DNA from: Arcobacteraceae bacterium
Lineage (GTDB): Bacteria > Campylobacterota > Campylobacteria > Campylobacterales > Arcobacteraceae
Direction of reading: 5' to 3'
Assembly: GCA_050292155.1 (NCBI GenBank)
Contig: JBNKLC010000045.1
Span: 18,757-82,756, forward strand
Length of the DNA: 64,000 nt
Shown here: positions 59,340-64,000 of the stretch, piece by piece
Layout: the number at the start of each line of letters is the position of its first letter
Position numbering within the stretch: the stretch's first letter is position 1
Notes under the pieces: generated by a model
Told to the model about the DNA's origin: nothing
Databases searched by the model: none
The model's input: the letters and a program-made list of their open reading frames with translations, nothing else
Translations under genes and position numbers: made by a program

Positions 59340-59452
59340 AATCTGCCTTATTGTTTAACTATTAAATTATCAAAACTCATTATATATAATTTTTATTAAA
59401 CTTTAGATAAAATAACCAAGAATATAAAATCTCATGAATAGGGATCGTCGAA

Positions 59453-60532
59453 TTGGTTAAATTTTTAGTTTTATTTTTTATTGGTATCTCCCTATATGGA
59501 CAAACTTTAAAAGAGATATCAAATATAGTGGGAATCCGTGGAAACCAACTTATCGGATACGGTATGGTTGTAGGTGCAAGAGCAGGTGGAGACTCCTCTA
59601 TCTCTACGCAAACTTTACAAAATCTTTTACGAAATTCAAATATTAAAATTAATCCCTCGGATGCGGGAGATACTGCTGCGGTTATTGTAACATCAACTTT
59701 ACCTGCATTTGCGAGACAAGGGGATAAATTAAAGGTTGAAGTTTCCTCTTTGGACGGTGCAGATTTGGACGGTGCAAAACTTTTAGTAACCCAGTTAAAA
59801 GGTATCGATGGAAAAGTATATGCAATAGCCCAAGGGACTATTGTAGGGGTTTCCGAAGAGGAAAAAAAGAGTAGAGGAAGAAGGGACAAAGGTTCAAAAA
59901 CAGGTTACATTTACGGTGGAGCAATTGTAGAAAATGAACTTGATTACTCTTTACAAGATGAAAAATCGATAACATTGAGTTTAATAGAACAAAATGCAAA
60001 AATAGCGGCGCAAGTTGAAGAAAAAGTTAATGATAAATTTGGACAAAACATTGCCTATGCAGTCGATACGAGAACAATTAAAGTCAAAAAACCTCAAAAC
60101 ATCTCTATTGTTAGATTTATTGCAGAGATTGAGAGTATTGAACTTGATTCGATGATGAAGAAAAAAGTGATTATCGATCCTATTAAAGAGATTATCGTAG
60201 CAGGATCCGATATCACAATCAATCCCGTGACAATCTCAAGGGAAAATTTTACCCTGCGGATTAAAAAATCGGATTTATCGGATAAAGCTTGGGCAGATCC
60301 CGCTGCAAATATAGGTATTGATGTGGGAGATGATGCAAAAGTGCAAAAAGTTCCCGGAGCCGTAGAGGTAGATGTGGATAATGGATTGCTTAACACAAGA
60401 AGACAACCGACTGTTTCAGATCTTATGAGAGCTATGAAAACAATGAAAATTGATATAACAGAGATAATTGAAACAATGAGAATGCTTGATAGACTCGGTG
60501 CTATCAATGCAGATGTGGAGATGGTGAGATAA
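59453..60532 (+). CDS. flgI: flagellar P-ring protein FlgI
   Basis: Signal peptide, LKEISNIVGIRGNQLIGYGMVVG, AAVIVTSTLPAFARQGDKLKVEVSS, YAIAQGTIV, and C-terminal VSDLMRAMKTMKIDITEIIETMRMLDRLGAINADVEMV. TTG start. Confidence 0.88.
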   Translation: MVKFLVLFFIGISLYGQTLKEISNIVGIRGNQLIGYGMVVGARAGGDSSISTQTLQNLLRNSNIKINPSDAGDTAAVIVTSTLPAFARQGDKLKVEVSSLDGADLDGAKLLVTQLKGIDGKVYAIAQGTIVGVSEEEKKSRGRRDKGSKTGYIYGGAIVENELDYSLQDEKSITLSLIEQNAKIAAQVEEKVNDKFGQNIAYAVDTRTIKVKKPQNISIVRFIAEIESIELDSMMKKKVIIDPIKEIIVAGSDITINPVTISRENFTLRIKKSDLSDKAWADPAANIGIDVGDDAKVQKVPGAVEVDVDNGLLNTRRQPTVSDLMRAMKTMKIDITEIIETMRMLDRLGAINADVEMVR

Positions 60533-60533
60533 T

Positions 60534-61634
60534 ATGGCAGAATTTTTAAGTCAAGATGAGATTGATGCACTTTTAGATATAGCAGATGAAGACGGTTCGT
60601 TAGAAGATATTCCTGAGGAATCGGGAGCAGCGGCAAAAGACAGAAGTTATGCTATTTATGACTTTAAAAAACCAAATAGAATCTCTGCAGATCAAATGAA
60701 AGCGTTCAATGCGCTTCATGATAAGATGTTAAGAACTACCATATCCGATCTCTCTGCTATGCTTAGAAAAATTGTTGATATAAAGCTATATAGTATCGAG
60801 CAGATGACTTACGGAGAATTTATCCTCTCCATTCCCCAAATTACAAGTTTAACAACTTTATCTATTAAGCCTCTTGATGGAAGAATTGTTATGGAGTGTA
60901 ACCCTGCAATCAGTCATAAAATCATTGCACACCTTTTAGGAAACGGCGAGAGTACGCTGAGCGAATCAACGGAAAAAGAATTGACCGATATTGAGATGGA
61001 AGTGTTTAATCATTTCTACCAACTTATCATCAAACATCTAAAAATTGCATGGGATGATGTTTCAACAGTTAATTTTAAAACCGAAAGTATGGATACAAAT
61101 GCAAATGCGATTCAAATTATTTCCGATCATGAGATTGTCCTTTTGGTTGTATTTGAGATAACAATTGACGATGAGTCTGGATTTCTTTCTATTTGTTATC
61201 CTATATCATATATTGAATCATTGTTAAATGTAATAGTCGAGAAAGTTTTTGCCGAAGCGAAAAATAGAAAAGTAAGTAAAAAAAGAGATATTAATACCTT
61301 GATATCCGGTGCTAAAATGAATATTGAAGCGATTTTAGCCGAAACGGAACTTCCTATAAAAGAGCTGCTTAATTTAAAAGAGGAGGATGTGATTGTATTT
61401 AGTAAAAATTCAACAAGTACCTCTACAAAAATTTATATTAATAAAAAAGAGAAATGGTCCGGACTTGCAGGTTCAAGCAGCAATCGAAAAGCAGTTCAAA
61501 TACAATCAAATATAGACCATGAAAAAATGGAGACTTTGGAGTCTTTAAAAGCACTCGATCAAGAAAGATCCGATAAACAACAAAAAGCGAATGAGGCTAT
61601 CGCAAAATTGATCTCTATTAAAGATGAATTTTAA
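60534..61634 (+). CDS. fliM: flagellar motor switch protein FliM
   Basis: N-terminal LSQDEIDALL CheY-binding peptide, YDFKKPNRIS, and a central FliM domain. 366 aa. Confidence 0.88.
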   Translation: MAEFLSQDEIDALLDIADEDGSLEDIPEESGAAAKDRSYAIYDFKKPNRISADQMKAFNALHDKMLRTTISDLSAMLRKIVDIKLYSIEQMTYGEFILSIPQITSLTTLSIKPLDGRIVMECNPAISHKIIAHLLGNGESTLSESTEKELTDIEMEVFNHFYQLIIKHLKIAWDDVSTVNFKTESMDTNANAIQIISDHEIVLLVVFEITIDDESGFLSICYPISYIESLLNVIVEKVFAEAKNRKVSKKRDINTLISGAKMNIEAILAETELPIKELLNLKEEDVIVFSKNSTSTSTKIYINKKEKWSGLAGSSSNRKAVQIQSNIDHEKMETLESLKALDQERSDKQQKANEAIAKLISIKDEF

Positions 61635-61713
61635 AACAAATTGATTTATTAGTTTTTTAGCTACTTTTCAATATAATCGTCTGTTAAAATTTATTGATAT
61701 TTAAAGGATGATT

Positions 61714-62813
61714 ATGCTTTTAACCCCAGGTCCTACTGCTGTTCCGGAGTTTGTAAGAATTGCAATGGCAGCTGAGACACTTCACCATAGAACACCTGAA
61801 TTTGAAGCGATATTTAAAAACACAAGAGAGCTTCTTTTAGAGTTACTCGGCATGGATGAAGCAGTAATGTTAGCCTCAAGCGGTACGGGAGCTATGGAAG
61901 CTTGTGTTATAAATCTTACAAAAACAAAAGCATTAACGGTAAACTCAGGGAAATTTGGAGAGAGATTTGGGAAAATTTGTGATGCACACAATATTCCTAA
62001 ATGTGAAATAAAGCATGAATGGAACACTCCTGTAGGTGTAGAGGAGATAGTTGAAGCGGTTAAAAATGATGCAGATATAGATTCGGTTTGTATCCAAATA
62101 TGTGAAAGTGCAGGGGGGCTTAGACATCCTGTTGAAGAGATAGCTAAAGCACTTAAAGAGATCAATTCAAATATTATGGTTATAGCAGACGGTATTACTG
62201 CCGTGGGTGTTGAAAAGATCGATACTACAAATATAGATGCACTTATAACAGGGAGTCAAAAAGCATTGATGCTGCCTCCGGGACTTGCGATTATTGGATT
62301 GAGTGATAAAGCGGTTGAATTTATCAATGAAAATTCAAAAGGGTACTATTTTAATTTAGCATCAGAGATTAAAAAACAAAAAACCAATACAACAGCATAC
62401 ACCGCTGCAACAACTTTAATTATCGGGTTGGGTGCTATTTTGGAACAACTTAAAGGAATAGGTTTTGAAACAGTTTATAAACAAACTGCAAAGAGAGCCG
62501 AAGCTACAAGAGAAGCTTTGAACGCTATTGGATTGGAAGTGTATCCATCAACTCCTGCTGATTCTATGACAACTATAAGTTGTGATAAATCAAATGAGGT
62601 GCGAAAAATATTAAAAGAGAAATATGATTTAAATATTGCAGGTGGACAAGATCATCTAAAAGGGAAAATTTTTAGAATCAATCATATGGGATTGGTTGAA
62701 GATTATGAAGCAGCATGGGCTGTTAATGCAATAGAAAAAGCATTATCCGATCTTGGTATCAGAGAGTTTGACGGTACCGCAAATAAAGTATTTATCCAAA
62801 GGTTTTTTGCATA

Positions 62814-62814
<1 letters not shown>
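61714..62814 (+). CDS. class V pyridoxal-phosphate aminotransferase (serine-pyruvate/alanine-glyoxylate/phosphoserine type)
   Basis: MLLTPGPT N-terminus, SGTGAMEA, and TGSQKALMLPPGL (PLP Lys). Confidence 0.8.

Positions 62815-64000
<1,186 letters not shown>

Noticed and set aside
59340-59452. Searched the divergent flagellar promoter region, and 55487-55538 upstream of flgK, for sigma-54 (GG-N10-GC) or sigma-28 (CGATA-type -10) promoters.
   Set aside because: No convincing match by eye on either strand. Not reported as features.
59380-60636. Long antisense ORFs (169 aa at 59380-59889 and 180 aa at 60094-60636, minus strand) opposite flgI.
   Set aside because: They lie entirely antisense to a CDS with clear FlgI motifs. 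Their translations are low-complexity S/I/P/L-rich strings with no motifs, typical shadow ORFs in AT-rich DNA.

Overview
AT-rich chromosomal segment, almost certainly from a flagellated member of the Campylobacterota (epsilonproteobacteria). This is inferred from gene content and synteny recalled for Campylobacter and Helicobacter: gapA-pgk...tpiA-fabI, lysA-pheA-hisC, a 16-gene nuo operon lacking canonical nuoE/nuoF, and scattered flagellar operons. The window is densely coding, about 65 CDS. Content in order: nrdAB; glycolysis and fatty-acid genes; amino-acid biosynthesis; a purine salvage pair; dxs; three c-di-GMP turnover proteins; a small AT-richer accessory islet containing dinD; a UbiA-type prenyltransferase and miaA; the nuo operon (26.5-44.0 kb); serS and trpS; a 12-gene flagellar operon on the minus strand (51.2-59.3 kb) divergent from flgI-fliM; then an aminotransferase, hisZ and the start of purA. 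I saw no rRNA, tRNA, CRISPR array, transposase or integrase. The most interesting item is the complex I electron-input region. The nuoE slot holds a Cys-free 93-aa protein. The nuoF slot holds a 670-aa fusion of a NuoF-C-terminal-like domain to a GltD/NfnB-type FAD/FeS oxidoreductase. Two full-length tandem NuoG paralogs follow, and only the first keeps the N7-type Cys motif. Other items not in the ORF track: a probable small SRP (4.5S) RNA downstream of nuoN, a 148-bp imperfect palindrome between fabI and an M23 peptidase gene, and several regulatory-looking hairpins. All functional calls come from motif recognition by eye in the supplied translations. No database search was run.
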